From: Diplonema japonicum
Lineage: Eukaryota > Protista > Euglenozoa: Diplonemea
NCBI GenBank assembly: GCA_964019335.1
Contig: OZ025690.1
Coordinates: 489,868 to 553,867, forward strand
Length of the DNA stretch: 64,000 nt
Reading direction: 5' to 3'
Position numbers and translations under genes: made by a program. Of this stretch, positions 1 through 15,000 are shown piece after piece; position 1 is the stretch's first letter; every line of letters starts with the position of its first letter. The notes beneath the pieces are model-generated. The model ran no database searches, was not told the DNA's origin, and was given only the letters and a program-made list of their open reading frames with translations.

Positions 1-3000
1 CTCACGTATCGCAAAGCAGGCTGGCACGTGCGGGAGCTCATGAAGCCGTCACAGACAGCAACCTCTGATGACTGTTTTGCTGACGCAGCGGCGAAAGGTA
101 TAACCTGTGTACTACTACAGTCCTTGGGACCAGAGATCCTATCTTCCTTTGGTTCCAAGTATGTTGACCCTTCATCGCCGTTCTTGAGGTAGCACTTCTT
201 TGTCGAGACCTTCCACGTCCAGAACTGACATCGACTGTTTGCCTTGCAGTACGTAAGACAGTGCAACGCTGAAGTTGCTGTCTTCTTTCCAATGGCATTA
301 TCGTAGCCGCGTGCGACGTAGATTGCATTCCTGTACATGCAGCTGCATGCCTTGCACTCTGGATAGGCGTCTCCTATATACGATTTGGCGTAGTTTGGGG
401 CCTCTCCCTGTCCCACGAGGTCAGTGATGAGAGATCCACATGTCGTTTTCTGATAAGCAAGGGTGTTCCACGTGGGGCTATCTACACCACACGGGTCTGG
501 AGTGCATGCACCACATTTCCACGCCTGCTGAGTTGCAGCCATGGTGCGTGCTTCGTACTCAGATAAACCATTCGCAATGTACGTAGATATCATCGACCCA
601 CACGTTGAAGAACCCACGGCCACGTCCCACACATCGCTACAGGGGTCGGGACAGTCAACACGTACGGCGTGTAAACTAAAGGCACTGTCGCCGTCTTGGT
701 CTGCAGCACCGAATACCAGCTTAATGTGCGTAACACTGTTGTACTTCCTTCCAAACGCGTGTCTAGTGAAAATACCGAAACGGAACATAGGTGCCATCTC
801 ACGATACGTAGTATAAATGTGCGCCCCATAAGCATCTCTGCGGGCATCGTAAGTGCCATACATGAGCTCGCTGTTGTAAGCAAGCAGCCACGTCCTGCCC
901 CTGTCTGTGGACACATAGGCACGGATGCCTGAGTACCCTGTGGACACGGTCTCTTTGTTTACTAAAATAGACACGGAGCCCACATCATGTGACCCATGCA
1001 AGTCCAACGACATACTGTACTCAGATGAGTTCGCAGTACGGTACCTAATCCAGTTGATGCCGCCGTTTAAGGCGTCATTCACAATGCCACGCGCGGAGAA
1101 CTTGTCGCGGTTGACGCTCTTGTCGGCACTGTGGATGGTGCCTGTGAGGTCTTTCAAGAAACATGTGCCTGGTGCGAATTCCGGCTCCCACTTGTTGATG
1201 GGATTGAGCACAATGCTATCGAAGGTAACTGCTGCGCCACGCGGCGTGAAAGTCAAACGCATGTGCCTTACATTTTGTCCATCTTGTAAATTGTGCACAA
1301 AAGACTCTGCGTTGCCTGCTGTGCTGGGGAAAAAGCTGCCGACCATTTGGAAGGCTTCATTCCAAGCAATGCCATCTGACGAAACAGTGATAACTAAGCC
1401 AGCGTAGCCACCAAGGGGGTCACTCACTGAGACCGACACGCTGCGGATGTCCTGCTCACCAACCTGGAGCACCACTGTGACGGTGGCACTGGTGCTCTGT
1501 ATTGTGATCGGGTTCTGGTCCCCATTCAGTACAGGAGACAGGTCGGTGAGCAGCATGACATTTCCTGCAGAAGCATAACCACTCACGAAAGGCACTGACG
1601 GTAGACCGCAACAACTGTGGTACTCACCATTGTCACCAGGGCAGCAGTTCCCTTCTATATTTGTACACTGCGGGTGCGCAGCACATTGTTCGTTTGTAAA
1701 CTCTTGTGAAGCGTACCCACTAGCGCACAGGTTGCACTCTTCGCCCGACCATCCCTCTTTACACTCGCACACACATCTGCCAGCGGAGTAAATAACCGAA
1801 TGAGCATTCCCGCTGCAGTGTTGCTGCAGACCGCAAGGTATGCACCGTGGATAGTCAACATAGCCGGTTGCGCATTCATCGCAATCACTTCCTGCAATGT
1901 TGTAGGGACAAGCCTTGCAGTCGGGAAGCGACCATTGGTTGCGACACTCACAGAAGCACTCGCTCTGGTCAAGATCCAGTCGGGCCTCGTTGGCATGTCC
2001 AGCACAAGACGTCTCGACGGTACAGTAGCTACAGGTTGGAAAACCGTAGCGCCACTTGCCACACTTTGTGCAGCTATCGCTGTATTGCGGTGGACACACC
2101 TCGCAAGTGTCACCTGTCCACAACCCCACGCATGTGCACTTGCATGTTCCCGTGCGCGACGTTTCTTGCACATTAACAAAACCGTTGTTTAAACACACGC
2201 ATTCACGGCAGGTGGGGGGATCCACCCTGCCGTCTGCACACTCGTTGCAATTGCCTCCCTGACGGTACTGCAAATCGCATGTGTCGCACTTTTTACCTCG
2301 CCAGAAGTTGTTGCATGCACACAAGCACTCTTCCTGATTGCTTGTCACACTGTCAGCATGGCCGGAACAGTGCTCAGCCACCAAACATTCACCGCACGCT
2401 GGGTACCCGAAGCGCGATGCAGCGCACTCGTTGCAGTTGGTACCACTGAAACTGCTGGGACAGGTTTGGCATTGCTGACCAATCCATTGGTTGAAGCAGT
2501 TGTTGCAGATGCATGTGTCCCTAGCGGCGTTAGATGTCACATCCGCTTGGGGAGAGCGCCCTTGGCAGTGAATGGCAGCCTCGCACTTCACACACTCGGC
2601 AGCAACAGAGACGTAGCCTTCCATGCACACAGCGCAGTCATGAGCAGTACTGTAGCCATACGGGCACAAGTTGCATGTTTGGCCATGCCAATGGTTCCTA
2701 CATGAGCAAACGCAGGCACCGTTAACAGCGTTTGCCTGGCCATGTTCGGTGCAGTCGGCACTCGTGCACTGCCTGCATGTGGGGTAGTAGGCGTATTGTG
2801 CTGCGCACCTGTCGCACGTTGACTGGTCGTACTTCTCTTGGCAACTATCGCACCGCGCTCCGGTCCATTTTTTGTTGCAGTTGCAAACACACGACACCCT
2901 ATCTAACGTAGATGAGTAAGGCACCCCGTGATCACCACAGTCAATAGCGTTGCACTGCCTGCAGTGTGGTGCCACACCTACGTAGCTGTCACTGCATTTC

Positions 3001-6000
3001 TTGCAGTCCTCATCTACGTCAATGCCAGTGGGGCACACAGCACAGGCAGCCCCCGTCCACGAGTTGCGACAAGAGCAAAGACACGTGTCCTTGAGTACAT
3101 TACTAGTCACAGACAGTGCATTGCCCGTGCAGTGTTCTTGGGTGTTGCATTTCGTGCACAACGGGAATCCGATGTGGCCTTCTGCGCAAGTGCTGCACGT
3201 TGCTTGGTCATACTTCACAGGACACACCGAGCACGTTGGTCCCTCCCACTTTGCTGCGCATGTACAAGTGCAGGTGTTGCCATCCGTAGACCCAACGTCC
3301 ATTGCGTGGTCGCTGCAGTGTGTGCTGAAAGAGCACTGCTCGCACCCCGCAGCATAATTAATCCAATTATCGAGGCATCTATCGCAAAGTGCTCCAGTAA
3401 AAGGAAACGGGCATGTTTGGCACGCAGCGCCGACCCATTGGTTGTCACATGTGCAGACACACTTGCTGTGGTCAGAATTGGACATTGTTGTTAATGCGTG
3501 GTTGCTGCAGCTTTCCTCCACTGTGCAGCGCGTGCACTCAGGGTAGTTGATATAGCCGAGCTGGCATTCCCCACAGTCCCGTGCAGGGTCGTAGACGGGA
3601 GGGCACACATTGCACTGTAGGCCCGTCCAGCTGTTGCGGCATGCACAGTGACAAGTAGTGTTGTCAAGACTCTGCACACTTGATGCGTGGTTGCTGCAGT
3701 GCGTTTGGACCTGGCACGGTATGCAGTCAGGGTACATGATGTGGTTAGCTGCGCACTTGTTGCAGAAGCTCCCTGCAAACTTAGGCAAGCAAGTGCACCT
3801 GCACTCAGAACCAAGACTACTAACTACACTAGATGCATGCCCATTGCAATGCACAGCTGAGGAACACGGCTCGCAGTTCGGTATGTTATGATTGGCCGCA
3901 CATATGTCACATGCCGTACCGCCATACTGCTGGGGACACGTCTCGCAGCTGTCACCCGTCCAGTGCCCCGTACAAGAGCATTCACACGCTTGGCCGTCGT
4001 ATGATGTTGCGCTCGACGCGTGCCCACTGCAGTGCTCTGCAACGGTGCACCGCAAGCATCCCTGGTTGTATTTAATAAATCCGGTGGCACATGCGTCGCA
4101 ATCCAGCCCCCCAAATTCGGGGGTGCATTGATTGCACTTCAAGCCTGTCCATGAGTTTCTACACGTGCAAACACATGCTGTGTGCAGATTGTTCGAGTAC
4201 ACAGCAGTAGCGTGTCCTGAGCAGTGTGCGTCCGTATCGCATTTGCCACATTCAGGGAACACGACAGCCGCGTACCCAGGGGCACACGTCCCACAGTCAT
4301 GTGCCTCGTCGAACTTTGGTGGACATGTTGCACAAGAAGTCGCCTCGCTCCATTGATTGCGACATTCACACAGACAGCGCTGCTGATCAGAGCTCGCCTG
4401 GACAGCCATCGCTTTGTTGTTGCAGTGCCTGCCCACATCACATAATGTACACGTAGGGTACGAGATGCGATTGGCACTGCAAGCACCGCAATCAGAATGT
4501 GCATCGTAAATACTAGGGCAGATATCACAATTAGGGCCCGTCCAGTGGTTCCTGCAGAAGCACACACAAGATACTTCGTCTATTGCAGTTACATTATGAG
4601 CATGATCTGAGCAGTGCAGAGAAACGCTGCATTTGTAGCAAGTGGGATACGAGACATGTCCAACCGCACATGAAGCACAGCTATTCTCTTCGTAAATAGG
4701 ACTGCAGTGGTCACAAGAGGCACCCGCCCACTCCCCAGCGCAATCGCACACACACATGTCGAGCTCAGACGTCACAGCCACAGCTCGTCCATTGCAGTGC
4801 TTTGCTGTGGTGCACTGCTCGCAAGTAGGGCCCACGTACCCCGTGGCACAAGTCGCACACGTCAGTTGATTGTACTGTACAGGACATAAGTTGCAAGTGT
4901 CACCAGTCCAGTGGACGGCACAGCTGCAGGTGCACAAGGTATTATTGCCGTTGGAAGTCACTGTGCGTGCATGACCCGAGCAGTAGGCATCGTTGGTACA
5001 TTTTCGACATGCCGGGTAGTTGATGTGCCCAACAGCGCACTGATTGCACTTCTTACCTGTGAAACCAGTATTGCACCCTTCTTCCGGGGGCGTTTCAGGT
5101 AAGCTCTTGCCATCGCAAAGTGGACGCGCCACGTACGTGACAAGGGGCGCTCTGGTACAGATGTAACTATCGAATTCCGTGTTAATGACGCCATTGCCTG
5201 CAACAGAGACAAACTGGCACGTGTGCCAATCGTCGCCGTTCTTTTTCCACGACGTGCCTGAACACCCATATGTTTCCTCACACATCTTGCGGCACTCATC
5301 TGCAGAGGAGGCAGGGCGTGGCACTTCTTTGTACATGCTCTGGGACCTCCAGTCCAGCGACTGCTGGATAGCTTTGTTCGACAGTATCGACCATGTGCAT
5401 GGGGCAATGGGTCGCTTGCAAACCATACTGCTGAAGAGGCCTGAAGCCACACCCCGTCCTACTTTCGCGACGAAGAAGCACTTGTGGTACTGCGGGTGAG
5501 ACGGGTCGTCTTTACGCCATGAGAAACCTATGCAGTCCTCCATCCCTTCGCACAAGATTTGACACTCTGCAAATGTCGCAGCATCGCTATGCAAGGCATA
5601 CGACGAGTCTTCAGCAAGACTGTCGTAGTCCTTCATCAGTGCTGTGTTGTCCATCACCACCCAGTCACAGGCAATGTTTAGTGTGCTCCCCTCACATGCA
5701 CAACTATGTTTCACTCCATTTTCGTCTTTCGCACAGTGCTCGTTGTTACTACACGTATTAAGGAAATTACATGTTACGCCAGATGGCTCCCTGCAAGACT
5801 GTTTACTTAGCAAGCACTCAGGTACTTCACCAGGTGGTGTCATACACAAGCATTCCGACTTATCAGCACTTGGCCTTGCACTGTGAGCATTGCTGTTGCA
5901 ATGGTCCAGGTCACAAATCGTGCAGTTGTTCCCTGCAAAGTCTTTTTTGCAAGTACCACAGTCCAATTGCGGATCAAAGCCATGCCGGCAGACACTACAC

Positions 6001-9000
6001 TTATCACCCTCCCACTTGTTCCTGCACGTACACGTACACTGCGTGCTGTTCGGTTCCGATCCGACAGCTGAGGCATGCCCGCTGCAGTGGGTGTCGAGGG
6101 AGCACGGAAGACACAGCCCGCCCACCTCGACGAAGCCAGCCGCGCACACCGGGGAGATCCCGCTGCAGTCGTAGTTCGGGGGACAGATCCCACAGGCCGA
6201 TCCCGTCCAAGGTACCTTGCACACACAGACGCACTCATCGTTCGCAACGTATTCATCGCTGGAGTGCCCGTTGCACGCGGCCCCGTCGCACAACTTGTCG
6301 CACACGGGCCACCCGTGCAAGCCCTCGCTGCACCCGTCGCACTCGTCTCCGCCATACTGCGAGGGACACACGTCGCACCCCTCCCCAGTCCACTGGTTCG
6401 AGCATCCACTCGAGTTGCACACACAACGCTGCTGCCCAGCATCCGTAGACACGAGAACAGCCCGTCCAGAACAGTCCGCACCGTTGTCACAGGCCCGACA
6501 CCCAGCCTCGCTCTGCACCGAGATGTGAAGGGAAGAACACCCATCGCAGGTAGGCCCGTTTTCCTCGAAGCGGGTTGGGCAGGTCTCGCATTGAGAACCC
6601 TCCCACCTCCCGGTACAGGTGCAAACACACTGCGAGTGGGTCTCGTCAGAGGTCACAGAGGAGGCGTGGCCTGAGCAATCCCCTCCCACAGTGCAAGCCC
6701 TGCAGCTCGCTCCTTCCCACACGTGTCCAACAGAGCAGGTTGCACAGTTCGGGGGAGAGTAGGCCGCAGGACACCCACAGTCGCAGCCTGTTTGGGTCGC
6801 GTTCGCCGAAGAGCTCCCGCGCCCGCTGCAGTGTCCGACAGAGGTGCACGGGACACAGGCCTCGCCGACAGAGATGTGGTTCGAAGCACAACCGTCGCAA
6901 GTGGGTCCTGCAAAGGTGGCCGCACAAGAGGAACAGTTGGATCCCGCCCACCTTGTCGTGCAGGAACACAAGCACTCGGTGCCCCCAGAGCCCACAGTCG
7001 CAGTCACAGCCCTCCCGTTGCAGGAGGCATCTACACTGCACACCTTGCACTCCGGATAGTCGAACCTCCCAACAGCACACTCCCTGCACCCAGACCCAAG
7101 GGAGTACTCCTCAGGGCACACCTCGCAGTGCAAACCGGTCCAACTGTCCACGCAAGCCCCGCAGCTGCAAGCATTGTTGTTCCCAGTCACCTGCGCCCCA
7201 GAGAGCAGGCGGCCGTTGCAGTGGTCATCGTTCGTGCAAGCCGAACACATCGGATAGCCAGACCCGAAGCCCACACCGCACGCCCCGCAGTCAGCTGAGG
7301 CATCGAAGCGCCCAGGGCAGACAGAGCAGTCGGGACCGCCCCATTGGTTTCGGCAGCTGCAAGAACAGGTCGTCCCGTCGCTCGTCACCCCGGTTGCGTG
7401 CCCAGAGCAGTCACCGCTCGTCGTGCACTGCCGGCACTCGGGGTGGTTCGTCCTCCCGTTCGCACACGTCCCGCAATCCAGAGAGGAGTTGAAGCGTCCC
7501 TCGCACACAGAACAGTCGTCCCCACTCCACATTGCACGACAGGTGCATGAACACCCGTTGATCTGCACCGCGTGCCCGCTGCAGTGCGTCTCTGTAGTGC
7601 ACTCCGCACAAGCAGGGTATCCGGTGTAGCCGAAAGAACAAGCCCCACAGTCTTTTGCAGGGTCGTACCGAACAGGGCACTCGTCGCACCGCACACCTTC
7701 CCAGAACCCGGGGGCATCACAGCTGCACACGCACACCCTGCTCCCTCCCCTCACCTCGATACCTGCCGAGGAGGCCCGACCGTTGCACTGGGCCGTCGTG
7801 CAAGGCTCGCAGGTAGGGTAGTTGTCCAAGCTTGTGGGGGCACACTCGCTGCAGTTCGATCCCGTGAACCTCGAAGGACACGTCCCGCAGTTCGTCCCGG
7901 TCCACTGGTGCCAGCACTCGCACTCGCAGGTGCTCCCGTCGCTCTTTGCAACTGAGTTCCCGTGGTTGCTGCAGTCTCCCTGCACACACTTTCGACACCC
8001 ACCGGTCCCGTCCCTCGCGTACCCGGCGTCGCTGTCGCACTGCTCACAAAGCCTCCCTTTAAAGCCAGCTGCACAAGTGCAAACACACAATGTCTTTTGA
8101 CTATTCGATGTCACCCACGTTGCCTCACCTATGCAGTCTTGCAAAGTGCACAGCTTGCATGCCGCACCGTATCTATGAAGAGCACACTGATCGCAGTTTG
8201 CACCAGCAAACTGAGGCAAGCAAGTTTCGCAACTAGAACCTGTCCAGTGATTGGTGCAGGTGCAGATACAAGTGGTCTGCGAGGGTCCAGGTACTGCAAG
8301 TGAAGCATGATTGTTGCAATGTGTCACAACGTCGCAAGTTGTGCAGCGCTTGATGCCTTGAGTAGATGAGCAGTCACAGCCACGGGGCGAAATACAAGAT
8401 GTGATTTCAGAATGTGAATCAGCCATATCTTGGCACGCGCCGGCATAGACGGCGCAGGCGCCGTTGATAAAGGACGTGTAGTCACCGCCTGATGTGTGCC
8501 CATGTAGCAAACATTTGCTATTCGTGAGCATACTGCTCCAGCCGAGAAGCACACAGTCAGCACCCTCAACAAGCGACTTGTGTGTGAAGGTTTGACACGA
8601 GGTTCCCGATGTCCCTTCAGACACTGAGGAGGCAGTGCAAGTGTGACAAGTGTCCCCTGACCAAGTAGGCATGCAGGTGCATACACAAACTTTATTGCTG
8701 GCATCAGAAGTCACTGCCACAGCGCGCCCATTGCAATGATCTTTGTTTGTGCACTCGACACACACGCTGAGTTCGTTTATATATCCAATGTCACATGTAT
8801 CGCAGTCTGTCCCAGTGTAGGGGAATGGACAAAGTGCACAAGACGGGCCAGTCCAGTGTGTGCGGCATTGACAGCTACATGTTGTTTTTGTTTTACTCGT
8901 GACACCTGTAGCACGGCCATTGCAGTGTTGAACCGATGTGCATTCGATGCAGTCAGGGTAACTGATATACCCAACAGCACATTCGTTGCAACCCTCTCCG

Positions 9001-12000
9001 CTGAAGCGGGGAGGACAAGTCTCGCAGAAACGGCCCGACCACATCCCCGCACAGGTGCACGCGCACATTGTGTGGTCGTGGTTGGATGTCACAGACACGG
9101 CATGGCCGCTGCAGTGCCCAGCTGTTGTGCACAGGTAACACTGAGGGTAGCTAATGTATGAGACAGCGCATGTGTCGCAGTCATCACCGCCGAACTGAGG
9201 TTTGCACACATCACACATCTCGCCTTCCCATTTGTTTCTGCAGCTACAGGTGGGACAGCTCGTAGCACTCCCGCCAACAAGGTCTCCGTGGCCATTGCAG
9301 TTCGTCACTGCACAGGTGCAGCTTGACCCAGCATAGCCTGGAGCACAGCGGTCGCAGTCAAACCCTGCGTAATTATAGGGGCAATGCTGACAGGAAAGGC
9401 CACTCCAGTGGTTTGTGCATGTGCAAGCGCACACCACGCCATTGGATGTCACTGCCGTGGCACGCGATGAGCAATGTTCTGCAATCATGCACCGTTTGCA
9501 AGGTTCCACGTGGCTTCCAGGATAGTAACCCGTGTTGCACCTGTCGCAGTTGTCGCCTGTGTACCGCGCCGAGCATGTCTGGCATTGGGACCCCGACCAG
9601 AAGTTGCTACATTCACACAGACATCTTGTCTGTTGTTCGTTTGCACGCACTGAGACAGCATGACCACTGCAATGCATGTCTGTACTGCACCTCGTGCATG
9701 TAGGATAGTTTACGTGGTCGGTGGTGCACGATGCGCATGTGCCTTGTTTGTATTGAGAAGGGCAGACTGTGCAGTCTGAGCCTGTCCACTGCATTGTGCA
9801 AGTACACAGGCAAGACTCTTTGTTCACATCAATAACATCAACAGCACGCCCGTGACACGCTCCTGCAACGGTGCACCTTGTACACGCGGGGTAGTTGATA
9901 TGATTATTCTCACATGCTGCACAATCTTCATCACTAGAGTACTTCGAAGGACAGTACGAACACGCTGCACCTGTCCAGTAGTTGCCGCAAGTGCAGACGC
10001 AGCGGTCATGATCTTCGTTTGAAGTGACAAGTGTAGCATGTCCCGAGCAGTGCTCCTGCGTTGAACATTCAATGCAGCTTGGATAGTTTATATGCCCTTC
10101 TGAGCACTCGCCGCAATCGGCGCTAGCATCGAACTGCGTGGGACACTCATCACAATTTACACCCTCCCAACTGTTAAGACAAGTGCATATGCACTCCAGT
10201 CGTTGCGCATCGGAAGTCACAAATACAGCATTGCCACTGCAGTGCTCTGCGACTGTACACTTCGGGCAGTTCTGTGCGTAACTATAATGTCCGACTGTGC
10301 ATTCGTTACAATCAGCGCCGCTATACTGCTGCGGGCAAAGCTGGCATTGAGCACCCGTCCACTTATGCTCGCACGTGCACGTGCATTGCATAGCGTCAAA
10401 ATTCGATGTCACCGTCGCAGCATTTCCAGAGCAGTGTTCAGACACGTCGCAAGATGTGCACGTGGGGTAGTTGATGTGCCCCTCAGCACATGCGTTGCAT
10501 AGATGGTTGAGGCGTTCATCACATTCAGCACAGTCAGAACCTTGCCACTGGTCAATACAAGTACACACACATTCTGTATTGTCCGCGTTAGACGTCACAG
10601 AGGAAGCATGGCCGCTGCAGTGCACAGCTTCGTGACACTCGATACAATTGGCACCTACCGCCACGTACCCCAGGGCACACGAACCACACGAGAGGCCAGT
10701 GTAGCCCGCTATGCATTCACACGTGCATCCTTGGTTGTCAGCGTCTGACGTAACACTATGGGCGCGGCCGTTGCAATGCATTTCGGAGGTGCACAGAGAA
10801 CACGACGTTGGCTGGAGCTCTGTGGAGTAGTACCCTACAGCACATCGTGCGCAGTCAGAATCACGGGAGAACATGGCAGGGCACTCAGAGCAGCGTGTCC
10901 CTTCCCAGTGATTGCGGCATGTGCACGCGCAGGCAGTCCTGGTAGGGTTGGCAACAACTGACAAGGCGTGGAGTGAACAGTCAACTAAGCTGCACTCATG
11001 GTCACACCCGCTCGTGTAGTTTACATGCATTGTGCTACACTCGTCGCAGTCGCTACCACCGTAGTTCGGAGGGCATACAGAGCACTTTGGCCCAGTCCAT
11101 TTATTCCTGCAGGTGCACAAGCAGTTCGTGTTACCGGAATCTGCTTTGACGCTGGAGGCATGCCCGCTGCAATGGTCAGCCACAGTGCACTCGCTGCATA
11201 TTGGAGGATTGATTGCTTTGTCAGAACATTCACTACAGTCGCTAGTGATATCAAAGTTACTCCCACACGACTCGCACGCGGTTCCGCTCCATTGATGCCT
11301 GCACTCACACACACATGAAGTACCTTCAGCGTCTGAAGTGACAATGTCTGCATGCCCGCTGCAGTGGTCGTTGTTCGTGCATTGTTTGCAGTCTGGGTAT
11401 GAAATGTAGCCTGTGCTGCACCTATCGCAGTCAGTTCCTCCATAACCCTGCGGGCATATGTTGCACTGACTGCCTGTCCAGTAATTTCTGCACTGACAGA
11501 CGCAGTCTAGCTTCGCGGAATCCGAGTCAACGCCCACAGCATGCCCGCTGCAGTGACGAAGAACTGAACATACTTCACACGCAGGGTAGTTCGTATGGCC
11601 TTGAGCACATGCATTGCAGTCCGACGATGCGTCGTACCGCGCGTGGCATGTACACGTAGGGCCCTCGTAGCTATTGCGGCATGCACAGATGCATTCTGTG
11701 CGCGCGTCATTAGATGAAGATGACGTGCCATGGTTGCTGCAGTGCAGGGGACCACATTTCGTACAGTTCGGTGCTGTGCCGATATACCCGTTGGCACATG
11801 TTGCACACGTGAGCGGGTTTAACTCAACAGAACACACATCACACGCCTCCCCCTTCCAGTGTGCGGCACAGGAGCAAACGCATGCAGTGTTTGCTGCATT
11901 AGAAGTGACGAAGTCGGCGTTCCCCGAGCAGTGCCTGTTCACAGTGCACCTGGTGCACAAAGGATAGTCCACCCTGCCTGTGCTGCATGAGTCGCAGGTA

Positions 12001-15000
12001 GGAGACGTGAAACCTTCTTCACACTCACAGCTACACTGAGTCTTGGATGCATCTGGCGCTACGTGCACAGCGTGGTTGTTACAATGGACCACTGCAGTAC
12101 ACAACTCGCAAGCAGGGAAGTTGAAACGGCCTTCTCCGCACTCATCACATGCGGCGCCAGCATATTTATTAGGACACGTTTCACAGCTCGCGCCTGTATA
12201 TTGGTTCACGCAACCCAAGCACACGCACCTTGTGTTATTATCATTTGAGGTCCAGTCTAGAGCCCTGCTGTTGCAGTCCCTGTTGGTGCATTGTCTGCAA
12301 GTGGGGAAGTTAACGTAACCAGGGTTGCATGTTGTCACGGGACCGATGCCACCACAGTCGTACTGAGGAAGGCATTGTAGACATGTGGGGCCGAAATAAC
12401 CTGGAAAACAGTTGCAAACACAGTCAGTCTTGTCGAAGTTTGAGATCACTGTTGCAGCGCGCGAATTGCAGTGTGTGGCAACGCTGCACGCGGTGCACGA
12501 TGGATAGTTGACGTAGTTTGTCTTGCAAGACCGGCACTTGGTAGGCTCGTACTGTGCTGGGCACGTACCGCAGTCGGTTCCCGTGTACTGTCCTGTGCAC
12601 GCACACGTGCATGTATTGAGTGTCCTATCGGCAGTCACAGCCCCGTGTGCGTTGCAGTGTTCGGCATCGTTGCACATTACATCACAAGCCGGGTAGTTCA
12701 CCCTTCCGAGAGCACATCTGTCACAGGTACCGAAGCCCTCTATCGGACCTACTCTTTCGTATTCGGGAGGGCAGTACGAACACGTGTCTCCCTCGAACAT
12801 CCCTGTGCACTGACACAAGCATTGCGTGTTGTCGCTATTTGACCCAACTGACGATGCCTGACCTGTACAGTGCCTGATAATGTCACACTGCACGCAGCTT
12901 GCCACCTCGCCGATTCCTGGCAGGGTGGGCAGAGCGAATCCTGGCAAAGGTGGCAATGATAGAACAGATGGCAAGATCAATACGGTATTCCAAATGTAGT
13001 CCTGTGCGCACTCATCACAAGTGTTGCCTCTATAACCGGGCTTGCACGTACAGAGACACCTTGTCTGGGTAAGATCGGTAGTCACAAAAGCAGCGCGGCT
13101 GTTGCAGTGCACGTCTGCAGAGCATTTCATACACACTGGGTAAACGATGTACCCAGGAGCACATTTGTTACAAGCACCGTCTTGTAAGTACTTACTAGGG
13201 CACGTGCCGCAGTTAGCACCTGTGTAACCGTCCTTACAGTGGCAGACACATGTGTTGGGGTGCTTGGACGCTCCCCCGCACTGTGGTTGTGACATCTCAA
13301 GGGTACACAATTCTTGTGCTCCACAAAAGACATTTTCACGGGTTGCGGTGACTCTGTACTGTGCATCACATGACGTGTCCACATGTAGATACCCTTCGAT
13401 CGTCCAAGTTGTCGCCGATGGCACACACCCGGAGGGCGAAAAGACGAAAACCACTTCACAGTGGTTTGGCTCCGTGTGGACTGCATTGCCACTACAGTGC
13501 TTATTGTTAGAGCATAGTTCGCAGTCTGGAAGGATCCTCCCTGTGGCACACATTTTGCAACTCGCGCTTTCGTAAATATCAGAACACTGGTCACACTTGT
13601 CACCTGTCCAGTGGTCAATGCATGCGCCACACACACACATGTTGTTGCTGCTAGTAACATTAGATGCTGCTCTCTCACTGCAGTGGTCTTCGTTCGTGCA
13701 CTCAGAGCACATCGGGTAGCCAGACCCGAAGCCCACACCGCACGCCCCGCAGTCAGCTGAGGCATCGAAGCGCCCAGGGCAGACAGAGCAGTCGGGACCG
13801 CCCCATTGGTTTCGGCAGCTGCAAGAACAGGTCGTCCCGTCGCTCGTCACCCCGGTTGCGTGCCCAGAGCAGTCACCGCTCGTCGTGCACTGCCGGCACT
13901 CGGGGTGGTTCGTCCTCCCGTTCGCACACGTCCCGCAATCCAGAGAGGAGTTGAAGCGTCCCTCGCACACAGAACAGTCGTCCCCACTCCACATTGCACG
14001 ACAGGTGCACGAACACCCCGTCCTTGCAAAGTTCGAAGTAACCTCGACCGCATTATTCGAGCAATCAGACAGCTCGCAGCGCACACAGTCAGTGTTTTGG
14101 GTGTAGTACCCTTCGCCGCACTTGTCACAGTTTGGCGAGCTAAAGGCAGGTGGACATATGTCGCATGCTACACCCTCCCATTTATTTTTGCATATGCATT
14201 CACACGCCTGGTTGTCTGTGCTCGTTAACACAGTAACTGCATTGCCACTACAGTGTATTTCAGTCATACACTGCGGGCACCCTGCCGCGTAGTTGTGATA
14301 CCCAGGGTGGCACTGGTTGCAATCAGCACCAGTGAAGGGGATTTCACACGCCTCACATGAAACCCCTGACCACCCATTGAAACAGGCACACAAGCACTGG
14401 GTTCTATCGGCAGAGGTTGTGACCGAGCTTGCATGGTTACTGCAAGAGATTGCTGTTGTGCATTTAGTGCAAGTCGGGTATCCGATGAACCCAGGGCTGC
14501 ACATATGGCAGGTACTTCCAGTATAGCCCTCGCTACATGCACACAGACACATAGACCGATCAGTAGAAGACGTCACCGTCCTTGCGTTGCCGTTGCAGTG
14601 AGTGGCCGATGTGCATGGAGCACAGGTGGCGCCGTAGAATCCTTCTGCACACTCTTCGCAATCATTGCCATCCCACCCCTCAGGACATTCTTCACATGCA
14701 GCACCCACCCATGCGTTACGACAGGTGCACACACATGCCGTCTTTGCAGAATTTGGAACGACCGACACAGCATGATCACTGCAATGCACGGCAAATGAAC
14801 ACGACGTGCAGGTGTCTCCATCCAACATGTGGCCGGGAGCACATGTGCCACACGTTTCACCCGACCAACCAGCTTTGCAGCTGCAGACACACTTGATCTG
14901 TAGCACATCAGGAGCAACGTCAACAGCATTCCCGTTGCAATGCACCTTCTTCTTGCATTTAATACACTGTGGGTAGTTTATTCTATCGCTGCTGCAGGAG

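Noticed and set aside
12910-12985. Cryptic intron explaining the Pro/Leu-rich insert in the EGF array
   Set aside because: Candidate GT..CAG spans are 43 or 67 nt, which would break the frame, and they lack the A/C-rich signature.
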